Positions 36,012-47,403 of a stretch of DNA of 64,000 nucleotides are shown in pieces. Location: NCBI RefSeq assembly GCF_963506605.1, contig NC_083282.1:45136001-45200000 (forward strand), read 5' to 3'. Both the position numbers and the translations under genes were made by a program. Within the stretch, counting starts at the first letter, position 1; each line of letters begins with the position of its first letter. Source of the stretch: Zootoca vivipara. Its lineage: Eukaryota. Under the pieces are notes generated by a model, which saw only the letters and a list, made by a program, of their open reading frames with translations, did not search any database and was not told the DNA's origin.

Positions 36012-39000
36012 CCCTTCATGGATCAATGCCTTGTCGTGGCGAAGGGGCTTGAATAACTCAGAGAAGCTATGAGCTATGCCATGCAGGGCCACCCAAGATG
36101 GACAGGTCATAGTGGAGAGTTTTGACTAAACGTGATCCACCTGGAGAAGGAACTGGCAAGCCACTCCAGTATCCCTGCCAAGAAAACTCCATGGACAAAG
36201 ACAACAGGCATATAAAAGTTATGACGCTGGAAGATGAGCCCCTCAGGTCGGAAGGCGTCCAACATGCTACTGAGGAAGAGCGGAGGACAAGTACAAGTAG
36301 ATTCAGAGCTGATGAAGCGGCTGGGCCAAAGCCGAAAGGACGCTCAGTTGCGGATATGCCTGGAAGCGAAAGGAAAGTCCGATGCTGTAAAGAAAAATAT
36401 TGCATAGGAACCTGGAATGTAAGAACCATGAGTGGAGGTAAGCTGGATGTGGTCAAAAATGAGATGACAAGAATAAATATCAACATCCTGGGCATCAGTG
36501 AACTAAAATGGAAGGGAATGGGCGAATTCAGTTCGGATGACTATCATATCTACTACTGTGGGCAAGAATCCTGTAGCAGAAATGGAGTGGCCCTCATAGT
36601 CAACAAAAGAGTGGCAAAAGCTGTAATGGGATGCAATCTCAAAAATGACAGAATGATCTCGATACGAATCCAAGGCAGACCTTTTAACATCACAGTAATC
36701 CAAGTTTATGCACCAACTACCGGTGCTGAAGAAAGTGAAATTGACCAATTCTATGAAGACCTACAACACCTTCTAGAAATGACACCAAAGAAGGATGTTC
36801 TTCTCATTACAGGGGATAATAAGAGATAAAAGGAACAACTGGCAAGTTTGGCCTTGGAGTTCAAAATGAAGCAGGGCAAAGGCTAATAGAGTTCTGTCAA
36901 GAGAACAAGCTGGTCATCACAAACACTCTCTTCCAACAACACAAGAGACGACTCTACACATGGATATCACCAAATGGGCAGCATCGAAATCAGATTGATT
37001 ATATTCTCTGCAGCCAAAGATGGAGAAGCTCTATACAGTCAGCAAAAACAAGACCTGGAGCTGACTGTAACTCAGATCATCAGCTTCTTAAAGCAAAATT
37101 CCAGCTTAAACTGAAGAAAGTAGGAAAAACCACTGGGCCAGTAAGATACAATCTGAATCAAATCCCTTATGAATACACAGTGGAAGTGAGGAACAGGTTT
37201 AAGGATTTAGATTTGGTGGACAGAGTGCCTGAAGAACTATGGATGGAGGCTCGTAACATTATACAGGAGGCAGCAATGAAAACCATCCCAAGGAAAAGGA
37301 AATGCAAGAAAGCAAAATGGCTGTCCAACGAGGCCTTACAAATAGCGGAGGAGAGGAGGCAAGCAAAATGCAAGGGAGATAGGGAAAGATACAGGAAACT
37401 GAATGCAGATTTCCAAAAAACAGCAAGGAGAGACAAGAGGGTCTTCTTAAATGAGCAATGCAAAGAAATAGAGGAAAACAATAGAATGGGGAAAACCAGA
37501 GATCTGTTCAAGAAAATTGGAGATATGAAAGGAACATTTCGTACAAAGATTACCATAATCAAGGACAAAAGTGGTAAGGACCTAACAGAAGCAGAAGACA
37601 TCAAGAAGAGGTGGCAAGAATACACAGAGGAATTATACCAGAAAGATATGGAGGTCTCGTACACCTCTGGTAGTGTGGTTGCTGACCTTGAGCCAGACAT
37701 CTTGGAGAGTGAAGTCAAATGGGCCTTAGAAAGCATTGCTAATAACAAGGCCAGTGGAAGTGATGATATTCCAGCTGAACTGTTTAAAATTTTAAAAGAT
37801 GATGCTGTTAAGGTGCTACACCCAATATGCCAGCAAGTTTGGAAAACTCAGCAATGGCCAGAGGATTGGAGAAGATCAGTCTACATCCCAATTCCAAAGA
37901 AGGGCAGTGCCAAAGAATGCTGCAACTACCGCACAATTGCGCTCATTTCACACGCTAGCAAGGTTATGCTTAAAATTCTACAAGGCAGGCTTAGGCAGTA
38001 TGTGGACCGAGAACTCCCAGAAGTGCAAGCTGGATTTCGAAAGGGCAGAGGAACCAGAGACCAAATAGCAAACATGCGCTGGATTATGGAGAAAGCTAGA
38101 GAGTTCCAGAAAAACGTCTACTTCTGCTTCATTGACTATGCAAAAGCCTTTGACTGTGTCGACCACAGCAAACTATGGCAAGTTCTTAAAGAAATGGGAG
38201 TGCCTGATCACCTCATCTGTCTCCTGAGAAATCTCTATGTGGGACAAGAAGCTACAGTTAGAACTGGATATGGAACAACTGATTGGTTCAAAATTGGGAA
38301 AGGAGTACGACAAGGTTGTATATTGTCTCCCTGCTTATTTAACTTATATGCAGAATTCATCATGCGAAAGGCTGGACTAGATGAATCCCAAGCCGGAATT
38401 AAGATTGCTGGAAGAAATATCAACAACCTCAGATATGCAGATGACACAACCTTGATGGCAGAAAGCGAGGAGGAATTAAAGAACCTTTTAATGAGGGTGA
38501 AAGAGGAGAGCGCAAAATATGGTCTGAAGCTCAACATCAAAAAAACCAAGATCATGGCCACTGGTCCCATCACCTCCTGGCAAATAGAAGGGGAAGAAAT
38601 GGAGGCAGTGAGAGATTTTACTTTCTTGGGCTCCTTGATCACTGCAGATGGTGACAGCAGTCACGAAATTAAAAGACGCCTGCTTCTTGGGAGAAAAGCA
38701 ATGACAAACCTAGACAGCATCTTAAAAAGCAGAGACATCACCTTGCCGACAAAGGTCCGTATAGTTAAAGCTATGGTTTTCCCAGTAGTGATGTATGGAA
38801 GTGAGAGTTGGACCATAAAGAAGGCTGATCGCCGAAGAATTGATGCTTTTGAATTATGGTGCTGGAGGAGACTCTTGAGAGTCCCATGGACTGCAAGAAG
38901 ATCAAACCTATCCATTCTTAAGGAAATCAGCCCTGAGTGCTCCCTGGAAGGACAGATCGTGAAGCTGAGGCTCCAATACTTTGGCCACCTCATGAGAAGA

Positions 39001-39218
39001 GAAGAATCCTTGGAAAAGACCCTGATGTTGGGAAAGATTGAGGGCACTAGGAGAAGGGGACGACAGAGGGCAAGATGGTTGGACAGTGTTCTCGAAGCTA
39101 CGAACATGAGTTTGACCAAACTGCGGGAGGCAGTGCAAGACAGGAGTGCCTGGCGTGCTCTGGTCCATGGGGTCACGAAGAGTCGGACACGACTAAACGA
39201 CTAAACAACAAACAACAA
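36012..39218 (+). mobile_element. Full-length BovB (RTE clade) LINE
   Basis: 5' GCCTTGTCGTGGCGAAGGGGCTTG; APE endonuclease (IGTWNVRTM, LGISELKW, QVYAPT, IDYIL, SDH); RT (QGCILSP, YADD); 3' CACGAAGAGTCGGACACGACT followed by (CAA)n-like tail; TSD ATGTTTGC at 36004-36011 and 39219-39226. Confidence 0.97.
36122..39204 (+). pseudogene. BovB endonuclease/reverse transcriptase ORF broken by one small deletion/frameshift at ~36818
   Basis: First frame is open to ..VLLITGD; second frame is open 36823-39204; the expected WNAKVGSQ after GD is missing. Confidence 0.88.
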
Positions 39219-39581
39219 ATGTTTGCTCAGTGAGGAATATAAATACTTTGCACATGCTCAAGTATATCTTTCTTCACACGATTCACATTTGAGTTCTCAC
39301 ACTAAAATCAGTTCTTGAAAGTTTCATACAGTTCTTTCAGATATCATCACGCCACTTAGAAAGCCTTCTCCTTGCCTTCCTGTTTTTCATATATTTTTTT
39401 AAAAGATATCCAAATGGTTTAACTGCTGTGTAAAGTACCATGAATACTAATGAGTGGGGTTCTGTAAAATTACTATTTTAGTGACTATGTTGACCCTGAA
39501 CATGGTTCAAGCAGTTATGCAAATCAGTATTGTCATATTCTTCCCATTGGATAAGTGATCCATTAATGAACTGAACTAGAA

Positions 39582-39766
39582 GAAAATTAAAAAATTCCTT
39601 CCAGTAGCACCTTAGAGACCAACTAAGTTTGTCATTGGTATAAGCTTTCATGTGCATGCACATTTCTTCAGATACCAAACTTAGTTGGTCTTTAAGGTGT
39701 TACTGGAAAGATTTTTTATTTTTATTTTGTTTTAACTACGGCAGACCAACACGGCTACCTACCTGT
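39582..39766. mobile_element. Penelope-like fold-back insertion, copy 3
   Basis: ~33-bp inverted arms TTCCAGTAGCACCTTAGAGACCAACTAAGTTTG / CAAACTTAGTTGGTCTTTAAGGTGTTACTGGAA; shared tail; AACTAGAA on both flanks. Confidence 0.8.
39637..39676 (-). ncRNA. Minimal type I hammerhead ribozyme motif (Penelope-associated)
   Basis: Minus strand GGUAU-CUGAAGA-A-AUGUGCAUGCACAU-GAAA-GC-UU-AUACC: stem I GGUAU/AUACC, core CUGANGA..GAAA..UH, palindromic stem II, AGCU loop III. Confidence 0.7.
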
Positions 39767-40287
39767 AACTAGAACAGTTTGGGTGAAACAAAATTAAACT
39801 AAAAAATGTACTGACTCGACGCAGCTGCTCTATAAATATGGAAATGAATTATTTCAATTTCCAGGAAGCTTCCTATTATGCTTCCTAAGTAGAATGCTTT
39901 TCTGAATTGTTTAGGGATAAACTTCTGAATAGTCTGATTTGTCATGGGATATTTTGTTCAAGATAAGGGTTATCTGCTACTGAATGGTGTTCTGAAGTGT
40001 CAACTGTTGCCTGTTAATGATATCTGAAGACTTGCTCTAAAGAGCCTAGAACTATGAAGAGGCCTTTCAGGAGAAAGGACAGAAGCTCTTTTGGCTTGCA
40101 GTGGCACTCTGGGCACTTCACACTTCACCTCTGCTCTCTCCATCACCTTCTGTTGTCCAGACAAATAGAATTAATATGAATGGCAAGAGAACAGCTTGTA
40201 CTTGTTCCCATGCTGAAAGTGAAAGGAGTTGCAAAGAAATGCTTAATTTGCCAGCTTCTAACCACCTCTCTCTTCAAATGTTTAAAG

Positions 40288-40363
40288 TGAGAAACTGCCA
40301 GTGGTGGGCTCTCCTTACTGGATGGCACCTGAAGTGCTGAGAGATGAGCCATATAATGAAAAG
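40288..40363 (+). CDS. TESK2: TESK2 coding exon (76 bp), activation segment/APE
   Basis: ttaaag|(S)EKLPVVGSPYWMAPEVLRDEPYNEK|gttggt; phase consistent. Confidence 0.92.
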
Positions 40364-41593
40364 GTTGGTCTTCTTTAATTATACATCAGTTAATAGATAT
40401 TGGGATGCTGGTTGCCTGGCATAGGTGGGGGTGGGGAATTTGTGAGCATCTGTAGCTTTAAAGCTGTTCTAACATGATAGTAATTAATAAGTTTAGCTGA
40501 ATGGGTCCTACTTGGAAAATTCTGCTCCTTCCTGAACGTGATTTCAGAGTTCTGTGGATTACTATAGATCTCATTTGAATGGAATGACAGCACTTTTTAT
40601 TTCATTAAGTGGAATAAATATCCAAGGTTTCTGTTTTTCTTAATTTTCAGAGTAGCAAAAAATGGGTTTCTCAACCTTGACAGTTTTATTATGACAATAA
40701 ATGCTTCCAGATAAGCAAGTAAAAAGCAGCACAGCATAAATCATATGAAGCCCTGTGCCTGCAGGTACCTAGCTGAATTATCTCATATGATAGGTATGAT
40801 ATGCTATAGGGGAAGTTGTTTCCTCTAGTCATACACATGCTGTTTTGTTTTTAATATTGCACAGCAATATGCTATGTACTTTCTCTTTCCTGTGAGTAGT
40901 ACCAGTATTTTTTATAGCTCTAAATACATTTGGTAACTGTTTTGATGAGCTCTCTCTCCCAGTTAATACTGCAACATTTTCTGATTTTCCTTGTTCGGAG
41001 TGGGCAGTGGGATACATGTACATTAGATGTACATTATTTTTAGCACATCACATTTTTGTCCAGGCTCTGCCAGACTGAGCTTAAATATGTTCTTCTGGTT
41101 TGCAACAGAAGCCAGTTTTGCACAGTTCTGATTAGCTGGCCGCAACCACAGTCATGTCTTCTCAGAGCAGTTTTAAGAGTGAATAAAGGCTAGCCATTAA
41201 AAAAAGTGTAGTAAACACACACTTGATCATATAACAATACAAATTGGGCAGCCCACCTGAAGCATGGAAGGGGAAGGGGAACAGGCAATTGGACCTTGAT
41301 TTGGGGGCTTGCACACATGCGTTGAGCAGCAGAGATGGGGAAGTGGAGATCACCTCAAAGTTGAAAAGTCCACATTGAGCCCTGTTTACAGGTACATCTC
41401 TGGGTCCTAAGATACCTGTTCAATGAATGTGCTTTTATGCATTATCCCTTAGGAGAAGGAAGTGAGACTGCCAGTCTGCAGGCCTAGGTTTTAATTGCTT
41501 GACCTAGAACTTTGGCAAATGTTGGAAAGTAAAAAACGTGAACACCATAGAGGACACTTTTGTCATGTGAATGGGGAAGGGAGACCCTACTAG

Positions 41594-41764
<171 letters not shown>

Positions 41765-42204
41765 TAACAAGGACTGGAAAGGGAAGAATCCTAAAGAATT
41801 TTGCTGAATCATTAATGTTTGCAGAGTTGCTGAACACATGATGAATGACCACTGTATAAGTCTTCTAATAAAGCATTCATCCTCTGCTACAGTTGCATGC
41901 AGAGACTGGCACTAACCCCTTCTCTCCACTCCTTCCCCATTTAAAGCACATAATTATACTTTGCAGGTGAATGTTACATCAGCAATTAGCCATGAGCTTC
42001 TATAATATCTGACTGGTATAACCCAAAGCAGGTTATTGATGGTACCTTATTCACTGAAAGAGGACTATCTGCATAGGAATCCTTCTCTTCTAAATTAGAA
42101 CTACATTTTGGTATCGGTGAGTTGCCTCACTACCTCAGATGCACTTCTGCCTTTTCACAGGAGAGCAGGGTAAGAGGGAAGCTGTCATGTCCTATCCTAC
42201 CTAT

Positions 42205-42370
42205 GCAGAAAGTTCCAGATTCAACCCCAGGCATCTCCATTTAAAAAGACTAGGTAGGCACTGATGTGATAGACCTCTACAGGAGACACTTGAGAATTAC
42301 TGCTAGCTGAAGTAGATGATGCTAGGCCAAATTGCAAGTAGCCTGACCTGGCATAAGACAGCTTCCTATG
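42205..42370 (+). mobile_element. Degenerate tRNA-derived SINE
   Basis: ATGCAGAAAGTTCCAGATTCAACCCCAGGCATCTCCA ... CTGACCTGGCATAAGACAGCTTCCTATG. Confidence 0.6.
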
Positions 42371-43011
42371 AAATGTTCTCAAACTGAAAATGTAGAAAAT
42401 GTCTTCTCCTTGCAAGAGAAGGGGGGATTTTAAGGCAGTCATCTCTCCTTGGAGAGAACTTATGAAATCACCAACTCTTAAAGTAGTCCATGCCAAAGTT
42501 ATTGCAAAACTAGATGGATTATGATGCAAGTTGAACGTTTTCTTACTTCATCACAGATACGTTATGGAGTTTATGCATTTTAAGCTGTAGATGGCTAAAC
42601 ATTGTACAGTTAGGAATGTCAGGTTATATGAACTGTGCTTCAAGTAAGTTCACCTCATATGGCAGAATGTTTAGGAGATAGTAGGTGTACCTCAGTGTCC
42701 ATACAAGATCAAGGCACAAACTGAGACAAGAATAAATTACCCTTTCTCCTTGCCATTGCTCATATCTACATAGGAACCTTGTGTTTTTGTTAGAGCACTA
42801 ATAGATGTGATTTGGTGTGTTGCTTGTATGAGGAATAACCTATATATGTAATTCATTGTATTGCTTAAGTAGAGAATTATTATCTCTAATTCCCTTTCAT
42901 GCTTTGCCTTGTAACACTGTCTTCATGATTTCCTCATTTCCTCCCCACTCCTCTCTTGTGCCTCAATTGTTAACTTTTACCTTCCTTTTCTTTTTCCACC
43001 TCTACTTGCAG

Positions 43012-43098
43012 AATTTTGGGTTGGATTATGATGCTTTCCAGCACATGGTGGGAGATTGTCCCCCTAACTTCCTCCAGTTGGCCTTCAACTGCTGCAAT
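43012..43098 (+). CDS. TESK2: TESK2 coding exon (87 bp)
   Basis: ttgcag|NFGLDYDAFQHMVGDCPPNFLQLAFNCCN|gtgagt. Confidence 0.97.
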
Positions 43099-43605
43099 GT
43101 GAGTATATTTAATTGATTCAAAAGCCTCCCTGTTTGTGAGACAATAATCAACGGTGCTGATTATTTAAAGGAAAAGAATGGAATGAGCATATTTCCTAAA
43201 ACAAACATCAGTACACTGAGGCCTCTGGTAACTTTGATAAATGGTTCATGAGGGACTTGGAGGAGAGGGCATCTCTACAATCTAATGTTAGATTTCTGGA
43301 ATGCAAATAGGATATTTTAAAGCAAAGAGGATATTTTAAAAGTTATAGTTCCTCTGCTCTACATTGCTTTAGATGTATGACTTTGTCAAAATGAAACATC
43401 AGTTAATCTTTCTTCCATGTAACATAACAATATACCTGTAGGTATACATGTGTTAAAGATGATGCCTGTGAGAAAAAACCAAGAAAATCATGTAAAATTT
43501 GTAAAAAAAACCAAGAAAATCACGTTTTTGTAACATAGTGCTATGTGTACAGATTTTTCTTCATAACTAAGCTCTTTTGTATCTTGTCACATATTTTGTT
43601 AATAG

Positions 43606-43753
43606 ATGGACCCAAAATTACGTCCTTCATTTGCTGACATTGTCAAGACACTGGAGGAAATTCTAGGGAATTTGAAAAGTGAGGAGGCTGAAAGAGAAAG
43701 AAAGCTCCTAAATCTGGACAGCACAGATCGAAAACCCATCTCAGTTTCCAAAG
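43606..43753 (+). CDS. TESK2: TESK2 coding exon (148 bp), end of kinase domain
   Basis: taatag|MDPKLRPSFADIVKTLEEILGNLKSEEAERERKLLNLDSTDRKPISVSK(G)|gtaggg. Confidence 0.95.
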
Positions 43754-45654
43754 GTAGGGATCAAGGGGAATGAGCACAAAGCTGCTCTGATTACTAAGCA
43801 AGAATAACAAAAATTGTATTATAATGAGGGTTCCTTTCTTGAATTTTTGATGGAGAATGTGAACCAGAAATAATACCTTTATTTCTAAATAAGAAAACAT
43901 GACTTGAGCTACATTATCATGAAATTGAATATTGATGTTACACTGGGGAAACAAGGTGTGTGCCAAAGCCCCTTTTCCCCAGACAGGCCCATGGAAAAGG
44001 TGCAACTCTGTGCCAGCCCTGTCAGTTGGGGAGAGAAAAGGAAGCTGCTCTGTTCTCAGTGGCAGTAGCAGGACAGTTGATGTGATGGACACTCTGCAAG
44101 TGGATCTCCAGGATGTTGTCTTGTCTTCTCTCTGCCACGCCCCATGTGTAAATATGAATTAGAATTGCTCTGCATTAAGGATCATCTTGACTAGTGGAGT
44201 AAAATAATCCTTTGATGTCTTAATTAATCCTTGCAGGATCAGAGCAGGTGCCACTTTGAGAACAAACTTTCCCTAATATCATTTCTGAAACACCCATTTT
44301 TTAATGCATCATAGGCTATGACAGATGAAGACCAGTTCTCACAAACGCTTTTTTGCTTGACATTAGTACTCTTATTTTATTTTTCAAAGGGAACATTTTA
44401 TTTGCATATGATGTAAACTTTGGATCGTTCATCTTTTTTATTCTTATTTCTCACTTTTTCTAAAGCCCAGCTCCATAGGTACCCAAATTCTAACTATATA
44501 GACCTCAAAAGGAAACTGTTACTTAAGTAACTACTAGCTGTTAGTAGCTTTTTCTGTAGCTTGCACTTTTGGAGTTTAAATATCTAATTTTAGAAGCAAA
44601 CAAGGCTCCTGGTGTCTGCTGTGCCCTTCTGAAACGGATTCCAGGAACTTCATCCAAATTAAGCTCTTCCTTGTTGGCTTGGGATGTCTGACCTTTAACC
44701 AGAGGCTGACTTACTGCAAAGTATTTCCTAGAGACTATATCAGATCAGTTTGAATTATTGCAGCTTTGAAGACTACTGCTGCAAGTTTGTTTGTGGAAAC
44801 TGCGAGTGAAATGAATCTAGGGACTGAATACATTGTTTTGGGCCATAGGTGTCATTACCCCACACAATAAGGATTGAGGACTGTACGGAAAAGTGCCTTT
44901 ATTTGAACAGCAATAGCTGTTCAGCTTGATCCAGAGTACACTGGGTTCTTCATTCTTTGCAATATTAAGGGCACTGGAGACATGTGAGAAGAGATTCACT
45001 TGGCATTGCACAAATGAGGAAGCACTTTCATATGTGGGAGATACATGTGGACCCTGAAACTTGTTCAAAAGGTTTTTGTATCAGTGCTGGTTAATTGCAA
45101 ATCCTTTAATGTACCCAGAAATATGTACGTTTAACATAATAAAACATAGGAAGCATTGGTGTTAGGATTGGATTGTACCTTCTTGTAAAGCATCACACTG
45201 CCCCCTGGTGTGCTTAGAGAAATTGCAGCCAAAATTTGGGTATCTGTTCTCAATTTTGAGAGGAACCTGTTACATGGCTGGGACAGCTACTTTCCACTTG
45301 ACCTTAATATTTGCAGTTGCTCTATTTAGTGATGCATTATTTACATGTATTTAACAGATTTTACCCCCAAGCCCAACTGCTGTGTGTCATAGTTTCTCCA
45401 CTGGACAATGTGCTGTTTCAAAGCTGATGTGGAATATAACCTCTTCACTTCCAGAGGGAGGTATTATTGTTTGCCTTCACCTTCCAAAGCACAGGGGTGT
45501 CTTTGCTTTAAGGAAACCTCACGTTGAAAACATCAGCCTTTAGTAGCATGGATTTGTCTTATAGTCTCATGAAATGGTGGCTGTCCTCCTCAACCCTTGT
45601 TCTTGGGAACATTCTGCTAGTGCACAGAGCACAATAATAGAATGGGAAGGCTGT

Positions 45655-45929
45655 TGTTGTTGTTTAGTCATTTAGTCGTGTCCGACTCTTTGTGACCCCA
45701 TGGCCCAGAGCACGCCAGGCACTCCTGTCTTCTACTGCCTCCCACAATTTGGTCAGACTCATGTTGGTAGCTTCAAGAACACTGTCCAACTATCTAGTCC
45801 TCTGTCGTCCCCTTCTCCTTGTGCCCTCAATCTTTCCCAACATCAGGGTCTTTTCCAGGGAGTCTTCTCTTCTCATGAGGTGGCCAAAGTATTGGAGCCT
45901 TAGCTTCAGGATCTGTCCTTCCAGTGAGC
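45655..45929 (-). mobile_element. 5'-truncated BovB 3' fragment
   Basis: Reverse complement of ~38939-39212; (TTG)n tail; 14-bp TSD AATGGGAAGGCTGT at 45641-45654 and 45930-45943. Confidence 0.93.
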
Positions 45930-46396
45930 AATGGGAAGGCTGTATCTCCTGTTATATTGGCCTTTGAAAATACTTGTCCACATATAATAGAGATAAGATT
46001 GTTATTCTGTCTTCAGTCTTTAACAATTGGTACTGCATTCCCCTCTAATGGTCTATGCAGAATGCAGCTCAAAGCAGTAAAATGTTGACTTAGAGAAAAG
46101 ATTTTGGATGAACATGAGGAGTTAGAGATCATATCAATCCTTAGATTACTGTAAACACAATTTATTGGTACTAATATTCTATACTAGACCTTTACTTCCT
46201 ACTTATGTTGCATAAAAAATATTTGGATCTCAATTGATACAGAATTCCATGTGAGTTCATACATTTCCAAAGTGTGGGGTTTTGTGGAAGACTGAACAGA
46301 ATGTCATATGTACATTGGTGATCTTTTTCTGTATCATTCTAATCCTGTCACTAGCAACATTCTTTAAGTCTGATTTTCTTTTTCTCTCCATTTTAG

Positions 46397-47403
46397 GTTT
46401 ACTAGAGAGGGGACAAGGATTAAAAAGGCTAAGTTCACTGGATGACAAGATTCCACCTAAATCACCCCGTCCACGGCGCAATATCTGGCTATCACGCAGT
46501 CAGTCAGACATATTCTCTCGCAAACCTTGCTGCAAGATAAATGTTCAGGACCCCTACTATACACCAAGCAAAGGGGCAAATCGGAAAGTCAATCCTTTCA
46601 ATTCTAGGGAAGACTTGAAAGGTGGGAAGGTCAAATTTTTTGATTTGCCAAGCAAATCTGTTATATCACTTGTATTTGACTTGCACTCGCCGGAGGCAGA
46701 AGGATGTCTGAAGATGAACCAGACCCCATTCCGGCAGACTTCTAACACTGACTGGCTGGACTCCTCTTTTCTTCCTGCAAGACGGAGCAGATCACTTCCA
46801 GGATCTCTTGAATTTGTGCATAAAGATTATAGAACATTTGGGGATCTCTCTTCAACCATTGGTAGATGTGATCCCAGCCAGCTGGGGGCTGAAATGCGGC
46901 AGAAGCTACTGAGCAGCAGTCAGTATGGAGTGTCTGAGATTCCTCCTTTTCAGGCCAAACATCATAGGCAGGACTTGCCTTCTCCTCCTCTGCAAGAGGA
47001 GGAGATGGACTATTCTGATGGACTGGAGCCCCAAGATGAAAATGGGTACTGCCCTGTAAATTTTGCTAAGGAAGCAGAACTCGGAAAGCCCAGGGGGCAA
47101 GTTGCCCAGAATGTAGATGGTATCTTGGCACATAATTTAGACCATTCAGAAAATAGATCCTCAGAGATGTTTATGAGCTGCATCTCCTCTGAAGATATGG
47201 AAGTTGAAGATGAAACTCAAAGGAACATGCCTTCCACTAGGTCGGAGTCTTCCAAACTATTGTTCAGTGTTAACCCTTCCCCACAGTCTGGCAGAGAAGC
47301 CTCTCTTTTTGAGGCAGTGGATAGTGACATCTCAAATCTTGTTTCTCTGCCATCTTCAAATGCACCAGCATCAGTATGCGAGCAATCAAAATGTGACATT
47401 TAA
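46397..47403 (+). CDS. TESK2: TESK2 last coding exon (C-terminal regulatory tail)
   Basis: ttttag|(G)LLERGQGLKRLSSLDDKIPPKSPRPRRNIWLSRSQSDIFS..KVNPF..REDLKGGKVKFFDLPSKSVISLVFDL..RRSRSLP; stop TAA at 47401. Confidence 0.96.

Noticed and set aside
37167-39176. Antisense ORFs within BovB, and similar ones opposite TOE1 and L1
   Set aside because: These are shadow ORFs of real coding frames, with no independent homology or splice evidence.
46282-46396. Hydrophobic signal/TM-like N-terminus on the 373-aa ORF
   Set aside because: This is intronic polypyrimidine tract read in frame. The real exon begins at the AG acceptor before 46397.
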